A stretch of DNA of 64,000 nt from Octopus sinensis. Taxonomy: Eukaryota. Numbering within the stretch: the first letter of the stretch is position 1; every line of letters begins with the position of its first letter. The notes beneath the pieces are model-generated. The model was given only the letters and a program-made list of their open reading frames with translations, did no database searches and had not been told where the DNA came from. The translations under genes were made by a program, and so were the position numbers. The stretch covers positions 3,596,001 to 3,660,000 of the forward strand of contig NC_043000.1 of assembly GCF_006345805.1 (NCBI RefSeq). Reading direction: 5' to 3'. Below are positions 1 through 13,589 of the stretch, in pieces.

Positions 1-297
1 TCAAGGCCATGGGAACATCTCTTCATCCTGACCATACTAAAAAAAATCTGAGTTTTAAACATTCCACAATAAATAGACATTTAAAATAAAAATGTGAAGT
101 CCTGTTTATATAAATCTTATTAGAAACTAATCAATAATATTGATTTTAAAATAAAATACATTTTCCACAAATATTGGTTTCTTTTCCTACTTTAGAATGA
201 AATAATCATTTTATACCTAACATTGACTATTATCAATAGGACTTTTTCTCTTTTTCTCGCTTTATTTCTCACTTAATTAGAAGAAGAAGAGCAATGC

Positions 298-380
298 TTA
301 TGACTGCTACATGGGGAACAAAAGGGCAGTGTTTATGACTGCTATAGGGGGGACAAAAGGGCAGTCTTTATGACTGCTAC
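298..380. repeat. 35-bp minisatellite, ~2.4 copies
   Basis: TTATGACTGCTA recurs at 298, 333 and 368 with similar GGGGAACAAAAGGGCAGT spacers. Confidence 0.85.
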
Positions 381-974
381 AAGTTGAAGGCAGAGGAGAT
401 CAATCCTCATTCCAGCATTTACATCTTAGCTCAGGAAATTTAAATTAATAGCATTTGCAACCTTATTTGGTGGGATAATAAAAGCGATATCAAATATTGG
501 AATAGAAAATTGTGCAAGACCTTCCAGAATTTAGTCATAGTTTTGTTCACATCAATGAAAAAATTGAATAACTGATTCAATAATTATAGATTTCTAATAC
601 TTTTTAAAGTTATTTGTCAAATCCCATTTGAACAAAATCGTTTAAGACATTTACTGCATTTACTTATAAATTGTGCTTTCGTCAATATATTTATCCCTCC
701 TTCTATTTTGAGAATATTGAAGTAGTAAGTAAATCAATTTTTAAAATACTTGCCAGAGTAGTTCTTTATAGTCTCATATACTAACCAGGCTTCCTTGTAT
801 ATTTAAAATGAACATTGAACATTGTAATTTTCACATACACTTGCATACACACATCAAAGTTAAAAAAGAAAACTGTACGAGGATCATAACGTAAGCAGAC
901 CTATTGATCACAAGTTTCAGTGATTAAGTAATAAACAAAATGTTCCAATATTCACAAATATATTAGATGGTGAG

Positions 975-1175
975 ATGGAAGAATCAAACATGTTGGACAA
1001 AATGCTTAGCAGCATTTCGTCCATCTTTATGTGCCAAGTTCAAATTCTCCTGGGGTCAATTTTGCCTTTCATCCTTTCGGTGTCAATAAAATAAGTACCA
1101 GCTGAACACTGGGGTCGATGTAATTGTCTTACCTCATCCCCTGAAATTTGAAACCAATATTCACCAATATAAATA
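975..1175 (+). mobile_element. Degenerate SINE family B copy (Meta-like domain)
   Basis: TTTGCCTTTCATCCTTTCGGTGTCAATAAAATAAGTACCAG matches the better-preserved copies at 41111 and 54689. Confidence 0.75.
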
Positions 1176-2137
1176 CTAATTCCCCACATTTCTCTACAAT
1201 GTGTCAAGAATCCAGACCCATGCAAGACAGAGCCCTAATAGATAATTACTGAGAGTATAACAGAAAAAAGAAAGAAGTTTAAAATTGTGCAGATAAAAAT
1301 ATGAAACATAGTCTATCATTTGACATTAATAACAATTCTACAAGGAGCAAGCTCATGGCAGAATAGTCTGCACCACATCTTACAATATAATAACAAAAGT
1401 CAGTTTACTTGGTCAGTAGATTAAGAACAATGCTGATCTAAGAGTATTGTTAAATTATACATAGTCCTACCATATTATATAAATTCACAAAAACTTGAAA
1501 GTATTAAAAAATATTGATGCTATATATTTGATTAACTGTTAACTGAGTAGTGTATCATAGGTAATGAAAATGTGCTTTAGAATATACTCTATCAGGTAGT
1601 ACAAGCTTTTGAGCTGACATTTCGATATGTAATCAAATAGACTGGACACTTGTAAACAAACATCCTATTTCTAATTTCTCCATGGACGAGTTTTAATCTT
1701 AGATGGGATTCACTTTAGGGGGTGTGTATTTGTCGGTTTGTTTACAAAAGAATATAGCCTGAAGTATTTATTTTTATTACACAAATAGGGACATCAGTAA
1801 ACCAGTAAATTTGAATTGGATATATAGCACTTTTCTGGGAACTAGGTCAATTAATTAATTACTGATCCTAGTAGGGATTCTCTTAGAGATTGATACTGGT
1901 TATGCTGATATTCTTTTTCTGTCCCAAGAGAAATTAGAAAAAAAGACATTTATTTACATTTTCTAGTGTACTCAGACACATGCTGCAGCATCAGATAAAC
2001 TCATAATATAATATATCTATTCTATTTCAATATATTAAATAACATATTTTTGATAAATTTCATTTACCTGAAATACAGTATTTACCCAAAATATAGTATT
2101 AGTGTATAGATAATTAATTAGTCAGTCTTGTTACTAG

Positions 2138-2233
2138 CAAAGCACTACGTATGCAAATCGGATTTACCAATTTACCAAAGGCTTTGTAGTAGCGGTATCA
2201 GCAGCTTTAAGCTACCTTACTCTGGAGACAAAG
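2138..2233 (+). CDS. Candidate internal exon, product unknown (QSTTYANRIYQFTKGFVVAVSAALSYLTLETK)
   Basis: gtcttgttactag acceptor, AAG|gtgaat donor, 96 nt stop-free in phase 0/0, locally CpG-rich. No homology recognised. Confidence 0.35.
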
Positions 2234-3645
2234 GTGAATATGTTACCTCTGAAGAATATCTCAATTCGGATCAAACCCATTCAAATGAAAATCTCTTTTC
2301 AATTCGTTCAGAAATTTGAATGAAATACATTTGTTTACACTTGTCCAGTGTATCCCATTATACACAGCAGCAACAAATAAATAAATAAATAAATCAAAAC
2401 TAGCACTGCTTGAAAGAATATACTGTAATATACAGTTCCGTTATGCATTTGATCTAGGAATTTGCAATTCTGAAGCAAACAAAAAGGACTCACAGCCAGT
2501 ACTGATTAGAGAGTGTGTCAACCATGCCAATTAGTTAGGTCCCTTCACCATTACCAAAAAGAAAAAACACCAAATTGCAGAAGACACAATTCTATATTAT
2601 AAATGGTAAATATAGTTCTGTATGTAATAGTGAGTTATATAATACACACATCAATGAAACTAACCATCCACATTCAGTTTTGTGGTATTTGCTGATACTA
2701 TAAAATTTTCATATATATTACAAGGGGCCTTGCTTTGGTTATCTATGCTTATGCTCATAGCTTAGCTTCCTCTTTGTGTATTACAGTCATTTTACATTGT
2801 TCTCATTTCTTTAAGCTGCTCCGAACATGTAATATATAAGCTGTGTATGTGTAGCAATAAACTTTCAGTTTGTCACATCTGCTAATTTTTACAAGAGTCT
2901 AAGCATTGATTTCTTGCAACCTTTGTTCATAGGGCAGCGTTTTGCACACAAGAATCAATTTTCTAGTTCTATGTAAGATTGATTGTCATTTCTTCCACAT
3001 AAAACTTTGGAAACCAAATATACTGTGAACAGCATTGCTTCTTTATAAACGCAACATAACATAGTGCAATATATTTCACAATTTATATCCACTCTGAAAT
3101 CTTTTTTTTTTTTCTGGGCCCAAGTAGTGAGTAGACATGGTTTTTGTATTTGCTGTATTTGTAACATTTGTTATTATTTCTTATACTCATTAAATGAGTA
3201 GATTTGTAGTAGCTCATTAAAATGAAAGCTATGACCTGCTAACAGCTCTCAGGGGCCAGTTTTTGGAGGTATGCTAACATAATAGAAGTAAAAACGCAGT
3301 AGTAGAAGGTGGAGGAAACAATGGTAAGTAGCATTTTAATTAGACACTGCAGTTTGAATTCACAGGAGAGAACTCAATGGCTTTTAGCAAAATTCAGTTG
3401 TTAGAATAATAAGTATGCCCTTCTAAGTCTAAATGCACAATTCTAGAATCTAATAGCTTGAATTTATATAAACTCTGTTTTTCCCAAAATAGCAATAAAA
3501 TTTATTGTAGCAGGGAACTTTAATGGCCATCTCCGTAAGTCCCAACACATCTACAGTGGTATACGTAATGTGTGGCAAAGGGGAGCATTTGTTGTGTGGT
3601 GTTCGGTGATTCAAATAATTTAATTATCTATGTTATTAATTTCAG

Positions 3646-3717
3646 AAAGTCAGTCAACCAACGAAGTGTCTACCAATCAAGTGGAGTTATATAGATTTTG
3701 CTCTCAATAAGCAAATG
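3646..3717 (+). CDS. Candidate internal exon (KVSQPTKCLPIKWSYIDFALNKQM)
   Basis: ttattaatttcag acceptor, ATG|gtaaag donor, 72 nt stop-free, phase-compatible with 2138-2233. Confidence 0.35.
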
Positions 3718-4059
3718 GTAAAGACTATAAATTCAGTTCCTTCAATAAGAGGGAGTTAAGAATAAAATAAGTAATGAATGAAATGTGTAATTAAGATTTT
3801 CTAATTATCTGTGTCTTTCATGTATTGAAACTACACTTTGATCAGAAGCTAATTGTCTTCAAATATTCCATTTGTATACATACATTTCTTTGGGTAGGGT
3901 TTCAACACTAAACCTTTATTTAGGAAATAGACTTTCAATGTTCTTATGCACTATGCCAATGTCATGTAAATTCAAATTTGCATGAAGCCCAATGATATGT
4001 GTATATGTAGACCTCCAAACATAGAACAGATAGAAGCAGAATAAATAGAGTTAACTGTG

Positions 4060-4260
4060 CTTGAAGCCTAAACCATTGTAATAACAATGAAATACAAACA
4101 GGAGTGCATTGAAGATGAACATTGATCTAGTAGAGATTATTTAACAAGTACAATAAAATGTCAACTGTGAGGACAAGGAGTTATCACATTTTAAATAATG
4201 ATGAGAACAACAGACGCTAAACCAAGTCTGTGATTGGATCTAGAAACTTACCCATGTTAC
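4060..4260 (+). pseudogene. Highly decayed mariner transposase N-terminal fragment
   Basis: GAGTGCATTGAAGATGAACATTGATCTAGTAGA resembles the ESIEDEPRSGRP motif. Approximate limits. Confidence 0.3.
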
Positions 4261-6993
4261 AAATAGATTAGATTGAATGTGTAATAAATTAGATTATAAT
4301 GCTAAAAAAGAATCAGATGGTGATGGTATCAATGATCTACTTGAAATCAGGATTAGAAATACTTTTAGGAAGGTATTACTGTAAGTATTTACCTGACAAT
4401 TCAACTCTTTCTCTCACACTCTCTAATTATGATAACAATGAGAGTGAGTGCCAAGGCTTATACTCTGCTCATTCATGACTTATCACTCTCACTTTTTCAT
4501 TTCTCAAAATGTTGGCAGTCATAAACTATCATATTCTTTACAACCAAGACTCCATTCTCTTACTCAGTGAATCTTAATATAGTTTTCTACAACCAGATCT
4601 ACTAGAGATAAGTTTTATTACATTACATTAGTTATTAGTGAATGTTACATACTTAGTTTCTCTTTGACAATTCTTGTAGACATAGGAATAGTTATCTATG
4701 CACTCTCTATACTCTAGTGACTTCTTGAATTAACCATTCTTAAATTAAATCTAGAACTCATTTTGATAAGAAATAGTGTGTCCTTTATTTTACTTTTCTT
4801 CAATAAAGTTAAAATAGGTAAGAAATGTTTAATCACAACTTAAAAACGATAATGATTAATAAAGAATGGCAATTCTTTCTGTGCAGGAAATATTCTAACA
4901 ATGATATTCTTACAAGATTATATAAGTGACATTTGAGATTGGAGGAAAGTGAAGGAGGAAAAACCATGGATCAGCAAATACAGTCCATTCAATGATCTTC
5001 CATACAATTTCCATACATTAAAAGTCACATATGTCAACAAGAGAAACTTCTACCTGCCAGAAATTCTGGCTAAATTTCCTTCAAATAACACTACCGTTAC
5101 AAATGAAGGATAGATTGAATAATATGGTGTAAACTGGAAAGCATTTTAATCATGTCTGTCTGGTCAGTTTTGACCTGGAGCTAAATAACAACAACTATTA
5201 TAGTTTCACTAACAAATCTTGGATTATCTCCAAGCCATGGTGGAAGACTCTTTCTCAAGGTGCTGCACGGAGGGATCGAACCCAAGACCACTTTAACCAT
5301 ATGAGCAACGTTGGTATTTCACTTGATGGCTGAAGGTTATAGATTAAAAGTATTCATTCCATCAAGGAAATAGTTAATTAAAAATGATCTGTGCTGTCTT
5401 AGCTGATGCTTGAGATGGGTTTTTTTCTTTTACTGGTTCCTACAAATTAGATGCAATGAATTATTCATTTAATCAAGAAATAGTGAAAATAGTAAGGAAC
5501 AAGTTGTTTGAGAGTCCACCTTAGTGTTGCAGGTGATCTTCTGATCTCATCAACACCAAATCTGTCACTTTCACTGTTATAAGATACCGAATATAACATT
5601 GTTTACTTGTTAATTATTGTAAATTTGCTAAGTGATTCTCTCATCATTATTTCAGCAAGTACTGAGAAATCTATGCTTCACATACTTGCCTAAAAACACT
5701 GAAACATGTCCAGCAGTCTTTTCTGTATGTACCAAAATAATTGAAATAGACTTCAGTACTGAGCTGATTACTTTTTCTCATTATCTAATGATTTTTGATT
5801 AGCTTTTTGATGCTCCCTGCAATAAATATGTCAACACTAACTTCACTATTGTTTTCATGCAAATGACATCGACAAGTAAATTCCCTTATTAATTTGTTTT
5901 TTTTTTAATCATCCTAAATTTCACACCTACACATTGAGTAAGTCCCTCATCACTACAAGTATAGAAAAGTTTGCACTTCTTTTAGAAGGTCTAATAAGAG
6001 AAAAACCTGTCTACAATTGTCTCCCATACTTGTTGAAATGATTAAAATAATATTAGATATTTACTTCACACACCCTCATATAAATATGGGGTAGCCATAT
6101 ATCTTCTCTACAACAAACCTGTTCTTGTCTCTTCTGTCATACTTTAACCTCTCAACACCTTGCATGAAACCACCTCCCTCTCAGTTTGAGTGGGCTCTTT
6201 AGTTTTTTGTAAGGTACATGGCAATCTCACTAGTGGTGGTGCCACTGAAAAAAAGCAGCCAATATGATCTGTAAAATGAATGGCATTAAGAAGAGCTTTC
6301 AGTCATACAAACAATAACAAAACTGATACGCTGGAGCAAGACATGGCCCTCCAGTCTGTTGGATTCCGCCAAATAGTCCAACACATGCCAGTATAGAAAG
6401 TGAACATGAAATGAGGACGGTAATGATGACCTAATGTTGTATTCCCCTCACAACATAATTATTTTAAATTAGTTTTTGATGCTCTGTGCATTAAGTATGT
6501 TAACACTAACCTAACTACAGATTAGTTAGCTGAGTAACTGCTGCAGTTACCAAGATGAAGTTGAGTAACTGATTAATGAGATACATTTGATTTTTTTTTC
6601 TGAATTTTACTATTCAAGAATGAAATAACTGAACAACTTAGAATGTTATCGAAGCAATAATTGATTAGAGCTCTGAAAGAACAGAATATGTCTACTGAAA
6701 GCTAAAAAATTATAATCAAACAATACCTTATTTTCCTCTAAGTTTGGACACTAGTAGACCACAACTACACTGAAAATTAACAAATCATTTCATCTATAAT
6801 GAAATGTTTTTCAATTACTGATTGTAACTGAAACATAAATTGATTATAGCTTAATATAAATCCAACACCTAACTGAACTTTTACCTAACACACACACCTG
6901 GGAAAAATAATTTTAAACATTGATGTCAACATAAAATATACTGCCACTTATCATTTGCAATAAGGGACACACATGACTAAGTGATATAGCAGA

Positions 6994-7040
6994 CCCTGAG
7001 ACACCAGTGTTTTAGCATGACTGTGCCTCTTCAGTCAGAG
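6994..7040 (-). ncRNA. Decayed type I hammerhead ribozyme motif
   Basis: Minus strand reads CUCUGA-CUGAAGA-GGCA cagu ca UGCU-AAAAC-ACUGGU-GUC|UCAGGG. Helix I is 6 bp. Deviations from canonical (C11.1>U, G12>A) are CpG-type transitions. Confidence 0.6.
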
Positions 7041-7138
7041 ACATTTTCTAAAGGGAAGTGTTCTCGAAAGACAAACTTCAACTGTTAGAAGCATATTTAT
7101 GTTCACATATGATGGAATGTGTTAAAAATGAATATACA

Positions 7139-7547
7139 GGGGCAGGAGTGGCTGTATGGTAAGTAGCTTGCTTACCAGCCACATGGTTCCAGGTTCAGTC
7201 CCACTGCGTGGCACCTTGGGCAAGTGTCTTCTACTATAGCCTCGGGCCGACCAAAGCCTTGTGAGTGGATTTGGTAGACGGAAACTGAAAGAAGCCCGTC
7301 GTATATATGTATATATATATATATATGTGCATGTGTGTTTGTGTGTCTATGTTTGTCCCCCTAGCATTGCTTGACAACCGATGGTGGTGTGTTTATGTCC
7401 CCATCACTTAGCGGTTCGGCAAAAGAGACCGATAGAATAAGTACTGGGCTTACAAAGAATAAGTCCCGGGGTCGAATTGCTCGATTAAAGGTGGTGCTCC
7501 AGCATGGCCGCAGTCAAATGACTGAAACAAGTAAAAGAGTAAAGAGT
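7139..7547 (+). mobile_element. tRNA-derived SINE family A, full length
   Basis: Head GGCAGGAGTGGCTGTATGGTAAG...GGTTCAGTCCC with A/B-box-like motifs, central (TA)n(TG)n, tail GAAACAAGTAAAAGAGT. At least 10 related copies in the window. Confidence 0.9.
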
Positions 7548-8479
7548 AATACACATCGTTATTTTGACTCTCACTGTTCTGCACGCTCTCAATAATATAA
7601 TATCTGCTTGGCAGACATTAGCATACATCAGAAAATATTTTATCTGCTGAATTCCGAGATTAAGAACAACTTTGCTTGTTTAGATTCAGAATTCCCAGTA
7701 GTACTTCTGATTAAAGAGGCACAATTATGCCAGAGAAGTGTCACAGGAGTTTGCTACATCACTGAATCATGCAGGTTGTCAATATACATTGTAGAAAATG
7801 AAACTGAACAGCTCAAATCTGTGAAAACATGTCAAGAATGACATCTTTGTTTTGGTTGCTGTATGCTCACAGTTATTCAATAATACTAATAATGTCTCAA
7901 ATTTTGGCACAAAGCTAGTAGTTTTAGAGAAACAGGTTAATTGATAGTTGACTGAATCATTATTGATCCCAGAGGGATCCCATGTTGGCATGAATTAGGT
8001 GGGTTGTCATGGGAGCTACTACTCTAAAAGACTAATGCTTGTACATGTCATTTGGCTTGGTTTCTTTGATGTCCTTCTTTATAGAGTGTGCTGGGTACAT
8101 TTTCTTGTGGTACCAACACTAGAATTCTTAGTAAACTAAGAAGTGTAAACTGAGAAGGGAAATAAGAGACCAATGCTAGCAGAAAGGGTAGAAATGGGTA
8201 ACTCAAAGGAGGATAGGAGTACCAGGTTCAAACCACCACCACAAAAAATACTATTATACCACATTGAATAGTTGGACATCAAGACATACATGCAAGTTCT
8301 CCAAACGCTTTGCCACCTTAGGTGGCAAAGTTCATATTCTTAGGTATTTTCTGTCTAAAGACTTTTTGTTAAGGTTTGAAGGTTAACAAGAAGAAGACAA
8401 AAAACACCAAAATCCAATATTTTAAATCTATGCTGCGCAATGAATAAAAATGTGCCAAATCAACATTGAAGAGAAAGAA

Positions 8480-8788
8480 AAATTAATAAAGGAAACAATA
8501 ACACCATGTTAGATAAGGAAGGGAGATAAGAGAATTAGATGAAAGTCAGATAATTTACAAATACTTAGAAACTAATGTATTAGATAGAGTTCAACATACA
8601 AATGAAAGAAACATTTAGGCGCAGGAGTGGCTGTGTGGTAAGTAGCTTGCTAACCAACCACATGGTTCCAGGTTCAGTCCCACTACGTGGCATCTTGGGC
8701 AAGTGTCTTCTGCTATAGATCCGGGCCGACCAATGCCTTGTGAATGGATTTGGTAGACGGAAACTGAAAGAAGCCTGTCGTATATATG

Positions 8789-8825
<37 letters not shown>

Positions 8826-9620
8826 TTGTGTGTCTGTGTTTGTCCCCCTAGCTTGACAACCGATGCTGGTGTGTTTATGTCCCCGTCACTTAGCGGTTCG
8901 GCAAAAGAGACCGATAGAATAAGTACTGGGCTTACAAAGAATAAGTCCCGGGGTCGATTTGCTCGACTTAAGGTGGTGCTCCAGCATGGCCGCAGTCAAA
9001 TGATTGAAACAAGTAAAAGAGAAAGAGAAGGAATATTATAGATGCGTTAGATTAGTACTTAAAACATAACAAATTAATAAAAATAAAACACTGAGTATGA
9101 ATATTCAAGTTGTTTTAGTGCTAAGTTATAGTTGTATTTTTAACAGGAGGTTAAGTGAACTAGCAATACTAGACATAACTGCATTTAAAATACAAGAACA
9201 AAAAGCTAACACAAGTACCACAAATAGAGGGAAGGAAGGGGCCTTTTGTAATAACAAAATTGTCATATAATTTCTATGGTAGGGCTACAAAAATATCTAG
9301 TACAATAAATGGAAACTAATACAGATAACTACAAAGCATGAAGAAAACTAAAAATTGTTTCCTTTTTGCAAGGAAACCAGTAAATGAAAAACAGAGACTG
9401 GAGTAATATGCAGCTGTGAGGAGAATGGAGAAACAAGAGAAAACTATTAAAGAACTAAAAGCTAGTATAAGAATTGGATTACAAAAGGTTATGTTAAGTC
9501 AATGAAAGAAAACTTTGTACATTGCCAATAATTTACAAGGTTGAACAAAACAAAAGTGAATATGTCACAGCACTAGTTGAGAAGTACAGGACTCAAAGGC
9601 TGTCATGGAACGATTTTTTA
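8480..9620 (+). pseudogene. Decayed R4/Dong-clade non-LTR retrotransposon RT region, interrupted by a SINE
   Basis: Translates with stops/frameshifts to YKYLETNVLDRVQH...KEYYRCVRLVLKT, resembling the R4/Dong YKYLG...KEYYRRVR.IL motif. Approximate limits. Confidence 0.55.
8618..9027 (+). mobile_element. SINE family A, full length
   Basis: Near-identical to 7139-7547; inserted inside the R4/Dong relic. Confidence 0.9.
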
Positions 9621-9871
9621 ATATAGCACAAGACTGAAGTCTTCCCTCCTGAAATTGTGTCAATATGAAACATTAACAGAAAATAGATGGTGCAAACATA
9701 CACCATGAATGGGTTTATATAGACTGTACTATCCTGATGATGTCAAATAGACCAAAACATATGTCCACAGCTGTTCCTTAATTGGAAACAAAGATCAAAT
9801 TGTCCTCTCCTTAAATATGTAAACAGTTATGTATATTTTTAGGCAAGTGTAATCTGTATGATTAAAAGTTA

Positions 9872-10279
9872 AAAGAAATAACTCAAAAGGTGTCAACAGC
9901 ATGAATTTGAATAACTAAGATAATGTGGGATATATTGAATGTGGTATATAATTTATTTAGATTTTCCTCTAAGTTATGATTCACAAAAAGATAGGGAGAA
10001 AATTTCAAGAAATTAAGAAATTTTCCAAGTTAATTTACATGCTTATATTATTGACAAAGGACAGTGAAGTGAACTAAAGAAATAACTCAAAAGGTGTCAA
10101 CAGCATGAATTTGAATAACTAAGATAATGTGGGATATATTGAATGTGGTATATAATTTATTTAGATTTTCCTCTAAGTTATGATTCACAAAAAGATAGGG
10201 AGAAAATTTCAAGAAATTAAGAAATTTTCCAAGTTAATTTACATGCTTATATTATTGACAAAGGACAGTGAAGTGAACT
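9872..10279. repeat. Perfect 204-bp tandem duplication
   Basis: 9872-10075 and 10076-10279 appear identical by eye; a related 19-mer follows at 10280. Confidence 0.9.
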
Positions 10280-10748
10280 AAAGGAAATAACTCAACAGGC
10301 TTAACTCAGTTAGGCAGTACTATACTGATAAGGTCAAATAAACTGAAACCTATGTCCATTCTTTTCTCATGCTGGCAAACAAAAATGAAAATGGTCTCTA
10401 TTTTTGTTTTCTTTCTCCAACTTCAATAAACTAAGAATTTGAGTATGCTGTCCTTTTATTTTAAAGAATTTTTTGGGTCATAGCCTCAAGTTTGCCCAAT
10501 ACTTTGTAGGTAAATTTTAGTAGTTGAGAAATGTACAGAAACTCTGTAAGTGTATGCATGTGTACGTGTGCACATGAACATATACAGAGTAGGTTTCTGT
10601 ACAGTTGCTATCTACACAGAAAGTGTTGGTTAACCTGAGGCTGTAGCAGAAGAAACTTGCCAAAAATGTCATGCAGTGGGATTGATCTCAGAACAACATG
10701 GTTGAAGAGTGAACTTTTTGAACACATACACATGATTACACATTTAAC

Positions 10749-11145
10749 TTACTCTTTTACTTGTTTCAGTCATTTGACTGCGGCCATGCTGGAGCACCGC
10801 CTTTAATCGAGCAACTCGATCCTGGGACTTATTCTTTGTAAGCCCAGTACTTATTCTATCGGTCGTTTTTGCCAAACCGCTAAGTAACGGGGACATAAAC
10901 ACACCAGCATCGGTTGTCAAGCAATGCTAGGGGGACAAACACAGACACACACACACACTCATATATATATATACATATATACGACGGGCTTCTTTCAGTT
11001 TCCGTCTACCAAATCCACTCACAAGGCATTGGTCGGCCCGGGGCTATAGCAGAAGACACTTGCCCAAGGTGCCACGCAGTGGGACTGAACCCGGAACCAT
11101 GTGGTTGGTAAACAAGCTACTTACCACACAGCCACTCCTGCGCCT
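10749..11145 (-). mobile_element. SINE family A, full length
   Basis: Reverse complement of the 7139 element, ending CCACTCCTGCGCC. Confidence 0.9.
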
Positions 11146-13299
11146 ACTTTCTATTAATTTTAGAAACTTTATAAACTGACTTTTTCCCCATGTAGACCAT
11201 CACTGATTTGAATGGTTTCTGGTGTTTTACTTGGTGTGAAAATCCATATAAGAGTTGAGTAGACATAAATTATGTGTGATCTCAGATCTTAAGACTACAT
11301 GAAGTTAGGCAATCAATGCAACAACAATAAAAGTTTATTTTGTTTGATAATTTGCTTACAAAATCTTTGTATTAATTTGGAAATCCACTAAAAGTTACTT
11401 ATTAGGCTTGTGAAGGATGTATTTCTTATTACAATGCCCTATTGAAAAGCTATTCAAATCTGAGATAAAAAAAAATCTTAGTTATATATAAGCAACAAGA
11501 AATTAAAATGAGAAGTAATATCATCTTCAACTCCCTTGATATGCATCATAGCACAGATTATAAAATAATATTGCTTTGAACCAATTTCTACAATATATGG
11601 TTGCATAACAACTGAGCCAATGGCTGTATAGAAATAGATTTAGAACATTTTGGTATTATACCAATACTGTTTCATTTAACAATCAGTTGGCAGGAGATTA
11701 CCAAGCAGATTTTGAGTTTTGTTAAAAGCTTGTTTAATCTAAGACAGTTTGTCATGATAGCTATGGGTGTAGAAGGTGGAAATTTTATATCATTTTCAAG
11801 AAACAGAAATAATCAAAAAGTAATCCATTCAACAAAATTCATCTCTCAAACATCAAAATTTGTTCAGCGAATCCTATGAAATTGATAATTATCTTTTTTG
11901 TCAGAAGATTTTATCTGTTACTTGTCTCTATGTGTTACTTAAATATCAAGTTATCTCAAGTTGAAATAATATTTTACTGCAAAAAATTATTTTTTGACAC
12001 TTTCAGTATAGAGTAAGGGACATTGCCCATGATCATTTTAGGCCTTTTTGTAAAGGTCATGTCCAACACCTCTTCCTCTAGACTCAGTTTGTATTGAATA
12101 AATGGATAACTGAATTCTACAAAACATCTCTGCTATTTTTCCCTATTACTGAGTCAGGAAGAAAGGTAATATCAACAGACATTTAACAGAGCCTCTGAAG
12201 GAAAATAAATATTCCCAAATTGATGATCAAGCCTATATATTTACAATAGAGAGTACTCTGCTAAAGCAACAAAGAATTAGGTTAAACCAGGAAGTGGTTA
12301 TTTCGATTATAAATCAGCAACTTTCTTTGTGGTAAGGCATTTCTAAATATGATGTCTTTAATAATGGATATGCTGAAGTATGGTAAACACACTTGAAAGG
12401 GTCTTTCCCTCCCTTTGTTTACTTTAGCTTAGGTAGAGTAGGGGACCTTAAAAATTTAGTGAGGTTGATACAATTAATAATCAAACTGAACTTCTATAGT
12501 TAGATGCAAAAAGGGAAATGCAAGCAAGGAGTGCCAGATGGATACTTTTATGAGGTAAAAGAATTGAGAAAAATATTTAGTTCAGGATTTGTGAAGAGGA
12601 ATTAAAATTAAGCAGAGCAGAGAAGGGGCAGGTGCATTGAATAGGTTTGGGCAGAGGCAATATGTAGCTTCCAATGTCATTTTTTTTTTCAAACAATAAA
12701 ATTAAATGTTAGGGAAATTTGGCTATTATTTCTAGCAGGATGTGTAACCATGTAAAATCTTCTTTGTCAGTTCATGTTATACAACAAGGTTGAGAGAGGT
12801 GAATAATGTTATAAATTCCATGATTGTATTTGTAGAAACCAGGATGTTACAGGGAAGAAATATGTCTTAAACAATACTGGTACACTTATTTCTAGTGAGA
12901 GTACATGTAAGAAACCTTGAAGGATCACTGTGATATTTTGTGTATTGAGGAATATAAATAGGAGAGTAATGGGCTAACCCATGTAGTAACAACAAAAAAA
13001 TCAGTTGTAGACATTGTGGGTATGAAAACAACCAACCCAGTAGATAGGTGTTTAGATGTTGAAAATATCAGGTTTTGTGGGATTACACAAATTACTCATT
13101 TAGTTCATCAGATTGTTGTTTGTTTGATTTTATAGCCAATTCAATAATGACCCAGCAGACCAAAGAAAACAGTGTTCCAACTATAAACAATCTGTTCTTT
13201 TTTCAGACATTTATGACTAAATTATCTAATGTAACCTTCTTTTTAAAATGATAAGGAGTATGATTTTGGAAGATTTGGCTGATAGCTCAAGCAGGTTAA

Positions 13300-13513
13300 C
13301 CTTTTTGATACCAACCTGGCCAAAACTGCCTCTGTAGTACAAATGTCTTGTTTTCATAAGTATTGAATTATAATCTTGCATCAAACCTTAGTCACAGTTT
13401 ATGTTCCTAACACTAGCTTAATGATAAATAAGTTCTTTTACTAAATTCTTTGTTATATTTAAAGTAATTGAAAGAAATCAGAGCATCTCAAAATAAATAC
13501 AGTAATGAAAGGG
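13300..13513. mobile_element. TTAA-flanked MITE (piggyBac-like)
   Basis: TTAA|CCTTTT...AAAGGG|TTAA; related copy at 38476. Confidence 0.65.
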
Positions 13514-13589
13514 TTAAAGTGAAAATGTAGAAGCTCGGAGCTGGCTTACCATTAATCAAGTAGTGCAATGGCTAGCATAGCATTATAAG

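Noticed and set aside
2249-2290. CUGAAGA...CAAAC hammerhead-like string
   Set aside because: No GAAA and no helix I or III.
7139-7215. tRNA-like sequence (also other SINE heads)
   Set aside because: Continues into SINE bodies and lacks a complete cloverleaf, so not a tRNA gene.
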